Assembly (NCBI GenBank): GCA_015064155.1
Contig: SVST01000015.1
Span: forward strand, 7,901 to 71,900
Origin: Oscillospiraceae bacterium
GTDB taxonomy: Bacteria > Bacillota > Clostridia > Oscillospirales > CAG-272
Direction of reading: 5' to 3'
DNA: 64,000 nucleotides
Below are positions 44,985 to 55,426 of this stretch, one piece after another. Below the pieces are notes generated by a model. It had not been told where the DNA came from and made no database searches. It was given only the letters and a program-made list of their open reading frames with translations. Each line of letters starts with the position of its first letter. The stretch's first letter is position 1. Made by a program: the position numbers and the translations under genes.

Positions 44985-47345
44985 ATGGTTCTCTGTTCTC
45001 AATGTAAAAAAAGAATGGCAGTTATGTTTGTTACAAAGGTGGAAAACGGTCAGAAAGCCACCCGAGGACTCTGCCTCAAATGTGCAAAAGAAATGGGCGT
45101 TCCCGTTGACAATTTGATGGGGAACGTGATGAATCAGTTTGGCATTTCGCCCGACGAAATGGAAAACATGGAGGAGGAAATCTCCAATATGCTTGAGCAG
45201 GGCGGTGAAACCGCGCTGACGGCAGATTCCGGCGAAGACGGCGAGGAAACCGTTGACGGGGGTGCTCCCGCCATTGATCTTCCCAAGCTGTTTCGTGAGG
45301 TCGGCTTCATCGTCAATAAGGAGCCGTCTTCCGCACCGAACAGCCCGTCGGCGGAGGGAAAGACCGACAAGGAAGATCGGAAAGCCGAAAAGAAAAAGGC
45401 GAAAGAGGCAAAAAAACTCAAATTTTTACCGATGTACAGCCGCAATCTGACGCGGTTCGCCAAGGAAGGAAAGCTGGATCGGATCGTTGGACGCGACAAG
45501 GAGCTTTCCCGCGTAATTCAGATCCTGTGCAGACGGCAAAAGAATAACCCTTGCCTGATCGGTGAGCCCGGTGTCGGAAAGACTGCGATTGCCGAGGGAT
45601 TGGCAATGCGCATCGTGGAGGGAAACGTCCCGTACAAGCTGCACAATAAGGAGATTTATCTCTTGGATATGACGGCGTTGGTTGCGGGCACGCAGTTCCG
45701 CGGTCAGTTTGAATCGCGTATTCAAGGGCTTCTCAATGAGGTGCACGAATTGGGAAACGTCATTCTCGTGATTGACGAGGTACACAATATCGTTGGCGCG
45801 GGAGAAGCCGAGGGCAGTGTGAATGCCGCCAATATTCTCAAGCCCGCGCTGTCCCGCGGTGAGGTGCAGATCATCGGTGCCACCACGCTTAACGAGTACC
45901 GCAAGTATATCGAAAAAGATACGGCACTGGAGCGTCGCTTCCAGCCCGTTACCGTCAACGAGCCTTCGGTGGAGGAAACCGTTGAGATGCTTGGCGGGAT
46001 CAAACACTATTACGAGGAATTCCACTCGGTCATGATTCCCGATGCGTTGCTTCGACGTGCGGTGGTTCTGTCCGAGCGCTATATCACCGACCGCTACTTG
46101 CCCGATAAGGCGATCGACCTGATCGATGAGGCGGCATCTTACTTGTCTTTGTCCTCCGCCGCGCTGAACGAATCGTATTCGATCCGGGACCGGCTTTTGC
46201 TGCTGAAGGATCAGCGAGAAGCCATCGAAGGCGAGCTTGCGGGCAATGAATCGGCAGAGGCATCCCGCTACGAGGAGATTACCAAGCTACGCTCGGAGGA
46301 GCTGCGGCTTAGTGCGCGCCTCGGGGAATTGGAGCCGCAAGCGAAATCGATTGAATTGACCGAAAACGAGATTGCCAACGTCATCGAGCTTTGGACGGGC
46401 ATTCCCGCAACCAGCATTACCGAAAATGAGTTTGAGCAGATTGATAAGCTTGAATCGCGCTTGAAGGAACGGATTATCGGTCAGGACGTCGCGGTGGAGG
46501 CGGTTTCGCGCGCTATTAAACGTCACAGAGCCGGAATTTCCTACAAGCGCAAGCCCGTATCCTTTATTTTTGCGGGTCCGACCGGTGTCGGGAAAACCGA
46601 GCTTGTTAAAACGCTTGCAAACGATCTGTTCCATTCGCCCGAAACGCTGATCCGATTGGATATGTCGGAGTTTATGGAGAAGCATTCGGTTTCGAGGATT
46701 ATCGGAGCGCCTCCCGGATACGTGGGCTACGACGAGGCGGGACAGCTGACCGAAAAGATCCGCCGCCGCCCCTATTCGATCGTTTTGTTTGACGAGATCG
46801 AGAAGGCTCACCCCGACGTTCTGAATATCCTTTTGCAGATCTTGGATGACGGCAGAATTACCGACGCGCGTGGAAAAACGGTCAACTTTGAGAACACCGT
46901 GATCGTGATGACCACCAATGCGGGCTCCAACCAAGGTGCCGCTGCTGCGGGCTTTGCCTCGGATGCGTCGTCGGCACAGGATATGAAGACACAAAAGGCT
47001 CTTGAGAGCTTTTTGCGCCCCGAATTTTTGAATCGAATCGATGAAATCATTACGTTCAGACGCTTGGACGAAGCCGATTTTGCTCGGATTGCCGAGATTA
47101 TGCTGGGCGAATTGCGGGAGGCATTGGCGGAAAAGAACATCAAGCTTTCCTATACGGAGGCAGCCACCGAGCTGATTGCAAAAAGCTCCTTCTCGTATAA
47201 ATTCGGTGCGAGAAATATGCGTCGCTATATCCAAAGGGAGGTCGAGGACCGCCTGGCGGAGATGCTGATTGCCGATTACAGAAGATTCTATTCCTTTGTC
47301 AAGATCGACGCTCGTGACGGTCAGATTGTGATCAGTTGCCTTTGA
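44985..47345 (+). CDS. clpC: Clp/Hsp100 double-AAA+ ATPase (ClpC-like) with a zinc-ribbon N-terminus
   Basis: Contains Walker A motifs GEPGVGKTA and GPTGVGKTE, a short coiled-coil middle domain and the C-terminal [14 protein letters not shown]. The N-terminus has CSQC..(21 aa)..CLKC instead of Clp_N repeats. Confidence 0.8.
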   Translation: MVLCSQCKKRMAVMFVTKVENGQKATRGLCLKCAKEMGVPVDNLMGNVMNQFGISPDEMENMEEEISNMLEQGGETALTADSGEDGEETVDGGAPAIDLPKLFREVGFIVNKEPSSAPNSPSAEGKTDKEDRKAEKKKAKEAKKLKFLPMYSRNLTRFAKEGKLDRIVGRDKELSRVIQILCRRQKNNPCLIGEPGVGKTAIAEGLAMRIVEGNVPYKLHNKEIYLLDMTALVAGTQFRGQFESRIQGLLNEVHELGNVILVIDEVHNIVGAGEAEGSVNAANILKPALSRGEVQIIGATTLNEYRKYIEKDTALERRFQPVTVNEPSVEETVEMLGGIKHYYEEFHSVMIPDALLRRAVVLSERYITDRYLPDKAIDLIDEAASYLSLSSAALNESYSIRDRLLLLKDQREAIEGELAGNESAEASRYEEITKLRSEELRLSARLGELEPQAKSIELTENEIANVIELWTGIPATSITENEFEQIDKLESRLKERIIGQDVAVEAVSRAIKRHRAGISYKRKPVSFIFAGPTGVGKTELVKTLANDLFHSPETLIRLDMSEFMEKHSVSRIIGAPPGYVGYDEAGQLTEKIRRRPYSIVLFDEIEKAHPDVLNILLQILDDGRITDARGKTVNFENTVIVMTTNAGSNQGAAAAGFASDASSAQDMKTQKALESFLRPEFLNRIDEIITFRRLDEADFARIAEIMLGELREALAEKNIKLSYTEAATELIAKSSFSYKFGARNMRRYIQREVEDRLAEMLIADYRRFYSFVKIDARDGQIVISCL

Positions 47346-47442
47346 GCTCGATTTTCAACAAATTTGTGTGGACAGCCAAGAACGCGTGCGCCGCGGCATA
47401 TACTGATGGTAAGTATCGTTTGATCAAAGGAGTATGTGAACG

Positions 47443-47739
47443 GTGAAACGCTTCAGTACCGCCGATTTACGGCGATTGGAAATCGTCAATCTTTGCGATG
47501 GGGCAAGGCTTGGGTATGCCACCGATTTTGAATTTGATTGCGAGGACGCACGGATCTTGGCACTCGTGATTCAAGGAAGCTGCGGTATTTTCGGAATCGG
47601 CAAGGAGGATGATCTCGTGATCCCGTGGCACTTTATTCAATGCATCGGAGAGGACACGATCCTTGTGAAAATGTCCTCGTCAGAGCTGTCATGCTGTCTT
47701 TGTCACCCGTATCGAAAGCATAAAAAATTTCGACTGTGA
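47443..47739 (+). CDS. ylmC: YlmC/YmxH-family (PRC-barrel) sporulation protein
   Basis: A GTG start lies 9 nt after AAAGGAG. Contains the LRRLEIVNLCDGARLGYATDFEFD..ILALVI pattern. Confidence 0.75.
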   Translation: MKRFSTADLRRLEIVNLCDGARLGYATDFEFDCEDARILALVIQGSCGIFGIGKEDDLVIPWHFIQCIGEDTILVKMSSSELSCCLCHPYRKHKKFRL

Positions 47740-47778
47740 GTGCAAATGTTAAAAAAATGTAAATAATACAATTTGTGC

Positions 47779-47807
47779 TTGCAAAACGGAAAGAAGTATG
47801 ATATAAT
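47779..47807 (+). promoter_or_regulatory. sigma-A type promoter for rpsB-tsf
   Basis: TTGCAA (47779-47784), a 17-nt spacer ending in TGa, then TATAAT (47802-47807). Confidence 0.65.
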
Positions 47808-47813
47808 ATGCCG

Positions 47814-47957
47814 TAATTGCGTTTGCGGAGCAAAAAACGTTTCGCGAACCGCAAAATAAAAATCACACACACCGAAACGAGCGTTGCATCGGTGCCGCTA
47901 TGTGCGGTTTTTGGCAATGCGTTGCGGTGGTGGAAAAAACCGAAGGAGGACATAAAA
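47814..47957 (+). promoter_or_regulatory. long structured 5' leader of rpsB
   Basis: About 145 nt lie between the predicted transcript start and the ATG. The hairpins are TTTGCGG (47822-47828) with CCGCAAA (47849-47855), ACCGA with TCGGT, and CCGC-TATGT-GCGG followed by T5. GCGTTGC occurs as a direct repeat at 47881 and 47919. Confidence 0.4.
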
Positions 47958-48698
47958 ATGTCTGTTATTTCTATCAAGCAGTTGCTTGAAGCAGGTGTTC
48001 ATTTCGGACACCACACCAGAAGATGGAACCCCAAAATGCAGGAGTACATTTTCACCGAGAGAAATGGTATTTATATCATTGACCTGCAGAAAACGGTGAA
48101 GAAGTTTGAGGAGGCTTACAACTTCGTTCGTGAGCTGTCCGAGAACAATGGTACCGTTCTGTTCGTCGGCACCAAGAAGCAGGCGGCAGAGGCAATCAAG
48201 GAAGAGGCTACCCGTTGCGAGATGTACTACGTAAACGTCAGATGGCCCGGCGGTATGATGACCAACTTCAAAACCATTAAGAAGTCGATCAGCCGCTTGA
48301 ACGACCTGTACAAGATGCAGGAGGACGGCACCTTCGATCTGCTTCCCAAGAAGGAAGTTGCCGCTATGCAGAAGGAAATCTTTGACCTTGAGAAGAGCTA
48401 CGGCGGTATCAAGACCATGGAAAGACTTCCCGACGCCGTATTTATCGTTGACCCCAAGAAGGAAAGAAACGCAGTTCTCGAAGCAAAGAAGCTGGGTATT
48501 CCGGTAATCGCAATCGTTGATACCAACTGCGATCCCGACGATGCTGATTATATCATTCCCGGTAACGATGACGCAATCCGCGCAATCAAGCTGATCTCTT
48601 CTGCTCTTGCAGATGCAGTGATCGAGGGCAAGCAGGGCGAGACCACCGCTGAGGCAGAGGCTCCCGCTGAGGAAGCAGCAGCTACCGACGCTGAGTAA
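47958..48698 (+). CDS. rpsB: 30S ribosomal protein S2
   Basis: Begins [27 protein letters not shown]. The RBS is GAAGGAGG. Confidence 0.95.
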   Translation: MSVISIKQLLEAGVHFGHHTRRWNPKMQEYIFTERNGIYIIDLQKTVKKFEEAYNFVRELSENNGTVLFVGTKKQAAEAIKEEATRCEMYYVNVRWPGGMMTNFKTIKKSISRLNDLYKMQEDGTFDLLPKKEVAAMQKEIFDLEKSYGGIKTMERLPDAVFIVDPKKERNAVLEAKKLGIPVIAIVDTNCDPDDADYIIPGNDDAIRAIKLISSALADAVIEGKQGETTAEAEAPAEEAAATDAE

Positions 48699-48724
48699 TT
48701 CGAAATTGTAAAGGAGATATCAAA

Positions 48725-49648
48725 ATGGCTACTATTACCGCACAAGATGTCAAAGCACTTAGAGAAAAGACCGGTATCGGTATGATGGAGTGCAAGAAGG
48801 CACTCGTTGAGGCTGACGGCGACATGGATGCCGCAATCAAGATCCTTCGTGAGAAGGGCGAATTGAAGGCTGAGTCCAAGATGGCAACCAGAATTGCAGC
48901 AGACGGTGTTGTTGAGATCCTCAAGAGTGGCGACGCTACCGCTATGATCGAGGTAAACTCCGAAACCGACTTCGTTGCAAAGAACGAAACCTTTAAGGCA
49001 TTCGTTAAGGATCTGCTTGAGATTATCATTGCTCAGAAGCCCGCAAACCTTGAGGCATTGATGGCTGCTAAGTTTGACGCTGAGATGACCGTTGAGGAAA
49101 AGGTTAAGGAAATGATCTTCAAGATCGGTGAAAAGCTCACCATCCGCCGTTTCGTTGTTGTTGACGGCGTAACCAGCACCTATATCCATGGCACCGGCAC
49201 CATCGGTGTTATCGCAAAGTTTGATACCGACGTTGCAGATAAGGCAGAGTTCGCAGCATTTGCAAAGAACATCGCACTGCAGATCGGTGCATATCCCACT
49301 CCCTACCTCAATCGTGAGCAGGTTCCCGCTTCGGTAATTGAGGAAGAGAAGAACATTCTTCTGGCGCAGATCGCAAACGATCCCGCTAACGCAAAGAAGC
49401 CCGACGCAATCAAGGAGAAGATGGTTATGGGTAGAATTTCCAAGTTCTACGATAACAACTGCTTGGTTGACATGACCTACGTTAAGGACGAGGACATGAA
49501 GGTTGGTCAGTACGTAAAGGCTACCGCAAAGGAGCTGGGCGGCAACATCGAGATCGTGGATTTCTATCGCTTTGAGAAGGGCGAAGGCATCCAGAAGAGA
49601 GAAGAGAACTTTGCAGAAGAAATTGCAAAGATGACCGCAGGCAAGTAA
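48725..49648 (+). CDS. tsf: translation elongation factor Ts
   Basis: Contains the UBA-like N-terminus LREKTGIGMMECKKALVEADGD. The length is 307 aa. Confidence 0.95.
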   Translation: MATITAQDVKALREKTGIGMMECKKALVEADGDMDAAIKILREKGELKAESKMATRIAADGVVEILKSGDATAMIEVNSETDFVAKNETFKAFVKDLLEIIIAQKPANLEALMAAKFDAEMTVEEKVKEMIFKIGEKLTIRRFVVVDGVTSTYIHGTGTIGVIAKFDTDVADKAEFAAFAKNIALQIGAYPTPYLNREQVPASVIEEEKNILLAQIANDPANAKKPDAIKEKMVMGRISKFYDNNCLVDMTYVKDEDMKVGQYVKATAKELGGNIEIVDFYRFEKGEGIQKREENFAEEIAKMTAGK

Positions 49649-49659
49649 TTATCAACACA

Positions 49660-49691
49660 AAACGGGGTTTGATTTCAAGCCCCGTTTTTTT
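49660..49691 (+). terminator. intrinsic terminator after tsf
   Basis: The stem is ACGGGGTTTGA paired with TCAAGCCCCGT. A T7 run follows. Confidence 0.85.
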
Positions 49692-49726
49692 GTGCGAAGA
49701 GAGTCTATCGAAAATCGTTTTCCAAC

Positions 49727-49769
49727 GCGCATGGACGTTTCATTTTTGCGTCCCTGCGCGCGTTTTTTT
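49727..49769 (+). terminator. second, tandem terminator-like hairpin after tsf
   Basis: GCGCATGGACG (49727-49737) pairs with CGTCCCTGCGC (49749-49759) with one mismatch. GCGTTTTTTT follows. Confidence 0.55.
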
Positions 49770-49810
49770 GATTTTTTTAGAAAGAAATAGAAATATTTAC
49801 AAAATAGGTG

Positions 49811-49839
49811 TTTACAAAAAGCAGATTTTGTAGTAAAAT
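49811..49839 (+). promoter_or_regulatory. sigma-A type promoter for pyrH
   Basis: TTTACA (49811-49816), a 17-nt spacer, then TAAAAT (49834-49839). Confidence 0.45.
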
Positions 49840-49881
49840 AAAAAGGAAATCAATTTGCAGTTTGCATAGGAGAGAATTTGT

Positions 49882-50595
49882 ATGAATACACCAAAGTACA
49901 AGCGCGTTTTGCTCAAGCTTTCCGGAGAGGCACTGGCACCTGCATCGGGAGATGCAATTTTGGACTTCGACTTTATTGCAAAGGTCGCAAAGCAGATTAA
50001 ACGCTGTGTGGACGTCGGCGTTCAGGTCGCGGTGATCGTTGGAGCCGGCAATATCTGGCGCGGAAGACAGGGAACCGGAATGGACCGTTGTCGCGCAGAT
50101 CACATGGGAATGCTGGCAACAGCCATCAATTCGTTGGCTTTGCAGGACGTTTTCATTCGTGAGGGCATGAATGCCGTGGTGATGACCGCCGTTGAAATGA
50201 AGGCTTATGCAGACAGCTACTCGTCCCGCGAGGCGATCGAGGCATTGGATTCGGGCAAGGTCGTGATTTTCGGATGCGGACTTGGAACCCCTTTCTTTTC
50301 CACCGATACCGCTGCGGTTCTTCGCGCAGCCGAGATCAATGCGGACTGTATTCTGATGGCAAAGAATATCGATGCGATTTACAGTGCAGACCCCAAAAAG
50401 GATCCTGGGGCCGTTCGCTATTCCGACGTGACTTACCGTCAGATTTTGGATGAGAATCTGCGTGCGTTGGATATGAGCTCGGCAATCTTCTGCATGGATA
50501 ACGATATCAACGGCTATGCATTCGGCTTGGCAGACCCCGAGAATATTTATCGCGTCGTCATGGGCGAAGCGGTCGGAACGGCAATTCACAACTGA
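49882..50595 (+). CDS. pyrH: UMP kinase
   Basis: Contains YKRVLLKLSGEAL and GAGNIWRG motifs. Confidence 0.95.
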   Translation: MNTPKYKRVLLKLSGEALAPASGDAILDFDFIAKVAKQIKRCVDVGVQVAVIVGAGNIWRGRQGTGMDRCRADHMGMLATAINSLALQDVFIREGMNAVVMTAVEMKAYADSYSSREAIEALDSGKVVIFGCGLGTPFFSTDTAAVLRAAEINADCILMAKNIDAIYSADPKKDPGAVRYSDVTYRQILDENLRALDMSSAIFCMDNDINGYAFGLADPENIYRVVMGEAVGTAIHN

Positions 50596-50656
50596 AATAT
50601 TATATAACCACTACATAGAAAGGAAAAGTCGTACTTGATACGACGGGAACAAACAG

Positions 50657-51211
50657 ATGAAATTTAACACCAAATCTACCGAAGAAAAAATGATTAAAAG
50701 CGTGGCGGCGCACGAGAACAATTTGTCTACCATCCGTGCAAGCCTTGCAAACAGCGCGATCGTTTCCAAGGTTACGTTTGAATATTACGGTGCTGCAACA
50801 AAGCTTGTGGATATGGCATCGGTTGCGGTTACCGACCCCAAAACGCTCACCATCACGCCCTACGACCGTTCGACTCTGAAGGCAATGGTAAAGGCACTGC
50901 TTGCATCCGATATCGGTATTACTCCGATGGATGACGGCTCGGTGATCCGCCTTGTGTTCCCGCCTCTTACCGAGGAGCACCGTAAGTCGCTGGCAAAGCA
51001 GATTCAGAAGATGGGCGAGGAGGCTCGCGTTGCAATCCGTAACATTCGCCGCGATGCAAACGACGATATCAAAAAGCAGAAAAAGGATGGCGAAATGACC
51101 GAGGACGAGCAGAAGGCAGGCGAAAAGTCTGTTCAGGATCTGACCGATAAGTATATCAAGCAGATTGATGAGCTGACCTCCAAGAAGGAAAAGGAAATTT
51201 TGCACATTTGA
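50657..51211 (+). CDS. frr: ribosome recycling factor
   Basis: Length is 184 aa. Contains the typical LTEEHRKSLAKQ and RNIRRDANDDIKK blocks. Confidence 0.95.
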   Translation: MKFNTKSTEEKMIKSVAAHENNLSTIRASLANSAIVSKVTFEYYGAATKLVDMASVAVTDPKTLTITPYDRSTLKAMVKALLASDIGITPMDDGSVIRLVFPPLTEEHRKSLAKQIQKMGEEARVAIRNIRRDANDDIKKQKKDGEMTEDEQKAGEKSVQDLTDKYIKQIDELTSKKEKEILHI

Positions 51212-51283
51212 TCAGCATATCCCGGCGGGTTTTTACAAAACCCGCCGAAATATTAACAAAAAAAGAATCAACGGAGAATCATC

Positions 51284-52006
51284 ATGTTTGGGCTGAAAAA
51301 GAAACAAAAAGCCGAAAAGGTGCAGGTTGATGAACGCTTACAGCATATTGCGTTCATTATGGACGGAAACGGCAGATGGGCGCAAAAGCGAGGAATGCCC
51401 CGCGAATTCGGTCATTCCCACGGAGCCGCAACCTTTAAAAAGATCGGTCGTTACTGCGAAACCATCGGAATTAAATACATGACGGTATATGCGTTTTCTA
51501 CCGAGAACTGGAAGCGTCCGCAAAAAGAGGTCGACACCATTATGAAAATTTTGGACGACTATATTGAGGATTGCTTCGTGGAAATGGTAGACGATAATGT
51601 TCACGTTTGCTTCATCGGCAATTTGTCGATTTTCCCGCAGAGTGTCCGCGAAAAAATGGAACGGATTGAGCGAGAAACCGCGCATAAGCCCTTTCTTTTG
51701 AACGTCGCCGTGAATTATGGCGGACGGGAGGAAATCACGCACGCTTGTAACGAACTGATCAAGGCGGGCAAGCAAAGCGTGACCGAGGCGGATATCAGCG
51801 CGTCGATCTATACGGCAAACTGTCCCGATCCCGATCTCATCGTGAGAACGGGCGGAGATTTGCGTACCTCCAATTTCCTTTTGTGGCAATCTGCATACGC
51901 GGAGTACTATTTTACAGACGTGCTATGGCCCGACTATTCGGCACGGCACGTTGATGAGGCGGTTGCGGCATTTTATTCCAGAAAACGTCGGTATGGCGGT
52001 GTATAA
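51284..52006 (+). CDS. uppS: undecaprenyl (isoprenyl) diphosphate synthase
   Basis: Contains HIAFIMDGNGRWA and FSTENWKRP motifs. Confidence 0.95.
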   Translation: MFGLKKKQKAEKVQVDERLQHIAFIMDGNGRWAQKRGMPREFGHSHGAATFKKIGRYCETIGIKYMTVYAFSTENWKRPQKEVDTIMKILDDYIEDCFVEMVDDNVHVCFIGNLSIFPQSVREKMERIERETAHKPFLLNVAVNYGGREEITHACNELIKAGKQSVTEADISASIYTANCPDPDLIVRTGGDLRTSNFLLWQSAYAEYYFTDVLWPDYSARHVDEAVAAFYSRKRRYGGV

Positions 52007-52020
52007 GAAAGGAAACGAAC

Positions 52021-52866
52021 ATGTTAACTCGTATTATTACGGCGGTCGTAGCCTGTGCTGTGTTGCTCCCCGTGCTGATCTTTGCGGATACGGTTGCCTT
52101 GCCGATTGCTCTTGCGCTTTGCGCGGTAATTGCCGTTTATGAAATGCTTTCCTGCCTGGGACTCAAGCAAGCATACGCAATCAATCTGCCCTTGTATCTT
52201 TTGGCACTCGGGGCTCCGTTTTTGATTCGATATGCCGATGATCCCGCAAAAATTCGTCAGATCGCATTGGCGGCAGCTCTTGCGGCGGTTTTGTATCTCT
52301 TGTCGGTTTTGACCTTTTCACATGGGAAATACAAGCCTGCGGACGTTGGAATCTGTTTTATGCTGATTTTCTACATCCTTGCCGGCTTCAACGCTATTAT
52401 GATTTTGCACGATTACGAGATGGGCGGGAAATACGTTTATCTTTTGTGCTTTATCGGCGCGTGGGTGACCGATACCTTTGCGTATTTTTGCGGTATGCTG
52501 CTGGGACGCGGCGGAAAGCACAAGCTGATTCCGGACGTCAGCCCCAAGAAAACCTGGGAGGGCAGCATTGGCGGTACCGTCTTTTGTATTTTGGGAATGC
52601 TGCTGTTTGGCTTGATCGTCAGCAAGATCAATGATGCCGTGCAGGTCAATTATCTGATGCTTGCCGTTGGCGGACTCTTGGTTTCGGTCGTATCACAGAT
52701 CGGGGACCTTTGTATGTCGGTTATCAAACGTGCATACGGGATCAAGGACTACGGAAAGCTGTTCCCGGGACACGGCGGCATGCTGGACCGTTTCGATTCG
52801 GTGCTTGCCGTGGCGGTCGTTTTGGCGGTCTTTTGCTCCTTCTTTGATTTCTTTGAGGTGATTTGA
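52021..52866 (+). CDS. cdsA: phosphatidate cytidylyltransferase
   Basis: Contains the signature SVIKRAYGIKDYGKLFPGHGGMLDRFDS. Confidence 0.9.
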   Translation: MLTRIITAVVACAVLLPVLIFADTVALPIALALCAVIAVYEMLSCLGLKQAYAINLPLYLLALGAPFLIRYADDPAKIRQIALAAALAAVLYLLSVLTFSHGKYKPADVGICFMLIFYILAGFNAIMILHDYEMGGKYVYLLCFIGAWVTDTFAYFCGMLLGRGGKHKLIPDVSPKKTWEGSIGGTVFCILGMLLFGLIVSKINDAVQVNYLMLAVGGLLVSVVSQIGDLCMSVIKRAYGIKDYGKLFPGHGGMLDRFDSVLAVAVVLAVFCSFFDFFEVI

Positions 52867-52867
52867 T

Positions 52868-54046
52868 ATGCAAGAGAGGAACAAATTTCCATCGGTTACA
52901 ATACTTGGATCAACGGGGTCGGTCGGCGAGCAGGCGATTGACGTGGCGCTTGCCAATCAGATTCGCGTCAATGCCATATCGGCAAACAAGAACGTGGGAC
53001 GTGTGGAGGAGCAGGCGCGGTTGCTGGGAGTCAAGGCGTGCGCCATGGCAGACCTGCAGGCTGCAAAGGATCTGAAAATGAAGCTTGCCGACACCTCCGT
53101 GCGCGTTTATGCGGGAATGGACGGTATTTGCGAGATGATCGCAGAGCATTACACCGATGATGAGGTCGTCGTAAACTCGGTGATCGGAGAGGTGGGACTT
53201 CGTCCCACCCTGGCTGTTTTGAATGCAGGAAAAAAGCTGGCTTTGGCAAATAAGGAGTCCCTGGTGTGCGCGGGAGATTTCGTGATGAAGCTGGCACGAG
53301 AAAAGGGAATTGAGATTTTGCCGGTTGACAGTGAGCACAGCGCGATCTTTCAGTGCTTGCGGTCGGGCGAGAAGAAGCAGATTCGCAGAATTCTTCTCAC
53401 CGCGTCGGGAGGTCCCTTTTACGGCATGACGCGTCGGGAGCTTTCCGACATCACGCCCGAGCGAGCACTGGCACACCCGACGTGGAATATGGGTGCCAAG
53501 ATCACGATTGACAGCTCCACCCTGATGAACAAGGGGTTTGAGGTGATCGAGGCGGTGCATTTGTTTGACGTCAGACCCGATCAGATCGAGGTTTTGATCC
53601 ATCGGGAGAGCATAATGCATTCGGCGGTGGAATATATAGATAATAGCGTCATTGCGCAGATGTCGGTGCCCGATATGCGCCTTTGCGTGCATTATGCGTT
53701 GACGCATCCCCGTCGTACCGAGGCGGTGATTCCTCAGCTTGACTTGACAAAGGTGGGGAAGATGACCTTTTCCAAGCCGGATCCCGAAACCTTTGTGCTT
53801 TTGCAAGCGGCTTTGGACGCTATTTCGGCGGGTGGAGCCGTTCCTGCGGTACTGAACGCGGCAAACGAGGTAGCTGTAGCGGCATTCCTTGCGGGGAAAC
53901 TCTGCTACACGGGTATTTTTGACGTTGTTACAGAAACGGTAGCGCGTCTTTCGGATGCCAAGCACATCGCATCCATTGATGAAATTTTTGCATTCGATGC
54001 CGCTGCAAGACGAACAGCGGACGAATTGCTGACGACTTACGTATAA
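52868..54046 (+). CDS. dxr: 1-deoxy-D-xylulose-5-phosphate reductoisomerase
   Basis: Contains ILGSTGSVG, LANKESLV and HPTWNMG motifs. Confidence 0.95.
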   Translation: MQERNKFPSVTILGSTGSVGEQAIDVALANQIRVNAISANKNVGRVEEQARLLGVKACAMADLQAAKDLKMKLADTSVRVYAGMDGICEMIAEHYTDDEVVVNSVIGEVGLRPTLAVLNAGKKLALANKESLVCAGDFVMKLAREKGIEILPVDSEHSAIFQCLRSGEKKQIRRILLTASGGPFYGMTRRELSDITPERALAHPTWNMGAKITIDSSTLMNKGFEVIEAVHLFDVRPDQIEVLIHRESIMHSAVEYIDNSVIAQMSVPDMRLCVHYALTHPRRTEAVIPQLDLTKVGKMTFSKPDPETFVLLQAALDAISAGGAVPAVLNAANEVAVAAFLAGKLCYTGIFDVVTETVARLSDAKHIASIDEIFAFDAAARRTADELLTTYV

Positions 54047-54073
54047 TCGAATTCCACGGAGGAACCGATAGTT

Positions 54074-55426
54074 TTGTTGTATATTTTATTGTCTTTGTTG
54101 ATTTTTGGCGTGCTGATCTTTATTCACGAGCTGGGACATTTCTTGGCGGCACGTGCGTGCGGCGTTGAGATTTTGGAGTTTGCCATTGGAATGGGCCCAA
54201 CGCTGTTCTCGTGGAAGTCCAAAAAAAGCGGCACCAAATATGCGTTGCGCTTGCTCCCCATCGGCGGATTCGTCAGTATGCTGGGAGAAAACGGCATGGA
54301 GGCGGTGCAGGGAAGCTCCGAAAAAAAGGACGGCAGCGACCTCTTAATCAATGAGGTCGAGGACGAAACCGCAGAAAAAGAGCCGCAGATCGATCCCGAG
54401 CGTGCAAAGCATGCTTATTGCAATCAAAACGTGTGGAAGCGTATTCTTATTTCGATTGCGGGACCGTTTATGAACGTATTTCTCGGCTTCGTTTTGATGC
54501 TGGTCATGGTGTTGGCGGCAGGCGAAACGGCGGTGGGAACGACAATGATCGGCGGCTTTTACGTACAGTATTCAGCGGAGGAAGCCTACTCGGATATGCA
54601 AATGGGCGATCTGTTATACGCAATCGACGGAGAACGCGTATATTCCTCCGACGCGGTGCGCGATATGATTGCCCAAAAAGAAACCAAGCGGTTCTCTATC
54701 ACTGTAAAGCGGTGGCAAGACAACGATATACAAACCTTGGAGCTGGACGACTTTTTGTTGACCGAAGAAATCTTTGAAACGCATTTCACCGCATCGCTGA
54801 GTGAGCAATCGGGGCTTCGCACGTATGACAAGGTCATCAAGGTGAACAACACGTCGGTGCACACCTACAACGAGCTGGCGTATGAGATTATGAATCAAGG
54901 CTACAAGCCCTTGACGCTGACCGTTATGCGGGATGGCGAAAGAGTGGTTCTTGAGAACGTAGTCGTTCCGTCGTACGTGGATGGCAGTGTGACCTTCGGG
55001 GACATCGACTTTATCCCGGTCAGGGAAGCAAAATTTGATTTTGCAACGGTGATGAAGCACACGTGGTTTCGATCGGTTTCCACGGTGAAAATGGTTTTTG
55101 ATTCCTTGTTCGGGCTGTTCTCGGGACGCTACGGTGTTGAGGCGGTATCGGGACCCGTTGGAATTACGAAAACCATTTCCGATGCGGCAAAAACCGGTAT
55201 GATGAGCGTTTTGTATCTGGTTACCGTGATTTCCATCAATCTCGGTGTGATGAACCTTTTGCCGATCCCGGCTTTGGATGGCGGACATCTTTTGTTGTAC
55301 GTGATTGAGGTGATCCGACGCAAGCCCGTGAAGCGAGAGGTAGAGGGAATTATCAATTTTATCGGTCTTGTTTTGATGCTGGCGCTGGCTGTAATCATTG
55401 CAATAAAGGATATCATAGCATTATGA
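54074..55426 (+). CDS. rseP: RIP (site-2) zinc metalloprotease
   Basis: Contains the HELGHF motif in TM1, a central PDZ region and a C-terminal LPIPALDGGH motif. The start is TTG. Confidence 0.9.
   Translation: MLYILLSLLIFGVLIFIHELGHFLAARACGVEILEFAIGMGPTLFSWKSKKSGTKYALRLLPIGGFVSMLGENGMEAVQGSSEKKDGSDLLINEVEDETAEKEPQIDPERAKHAYCNQNVWKRILISIAGPFMNVFLGFVLMLVMVLAAGETAVGTTMIGGFYVQYSAEEAYSDMQMGDLLYAIDGERVYSSDAVRDMIAQKETKRFSITVKRWQDNDIQTLELDDFLLTEEIFETHFTASLSEQSGLRTYDKVIKVNNTSVHTYNELAYEIMNQGYKPLTLTVMRDGERVVLENVVVPSYVDGSVTFGDIDFIPVREAKFDFATVMKHTWFRSVSTVKMVFDSLFGLFSGRYGVEAVSGPVGITKTISDAAKTGMMSVLYLVTVISINLGVMNLLPIPALDGGHLLLYVIEVIRRKPVKREVEGIINFIGLVLMLALAVIIAIKDIIAL

Noticed and set aside
51223-51247. 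The hairpin CGGCGGGTTTT/AAAACCCGCCG after frr as an intrinsic terminator
   Set aside because: The stem is good but no T-run follows on the plus strand (GAAATATTAAC). It may be a processing or stability element, and I do not call it a terminator.
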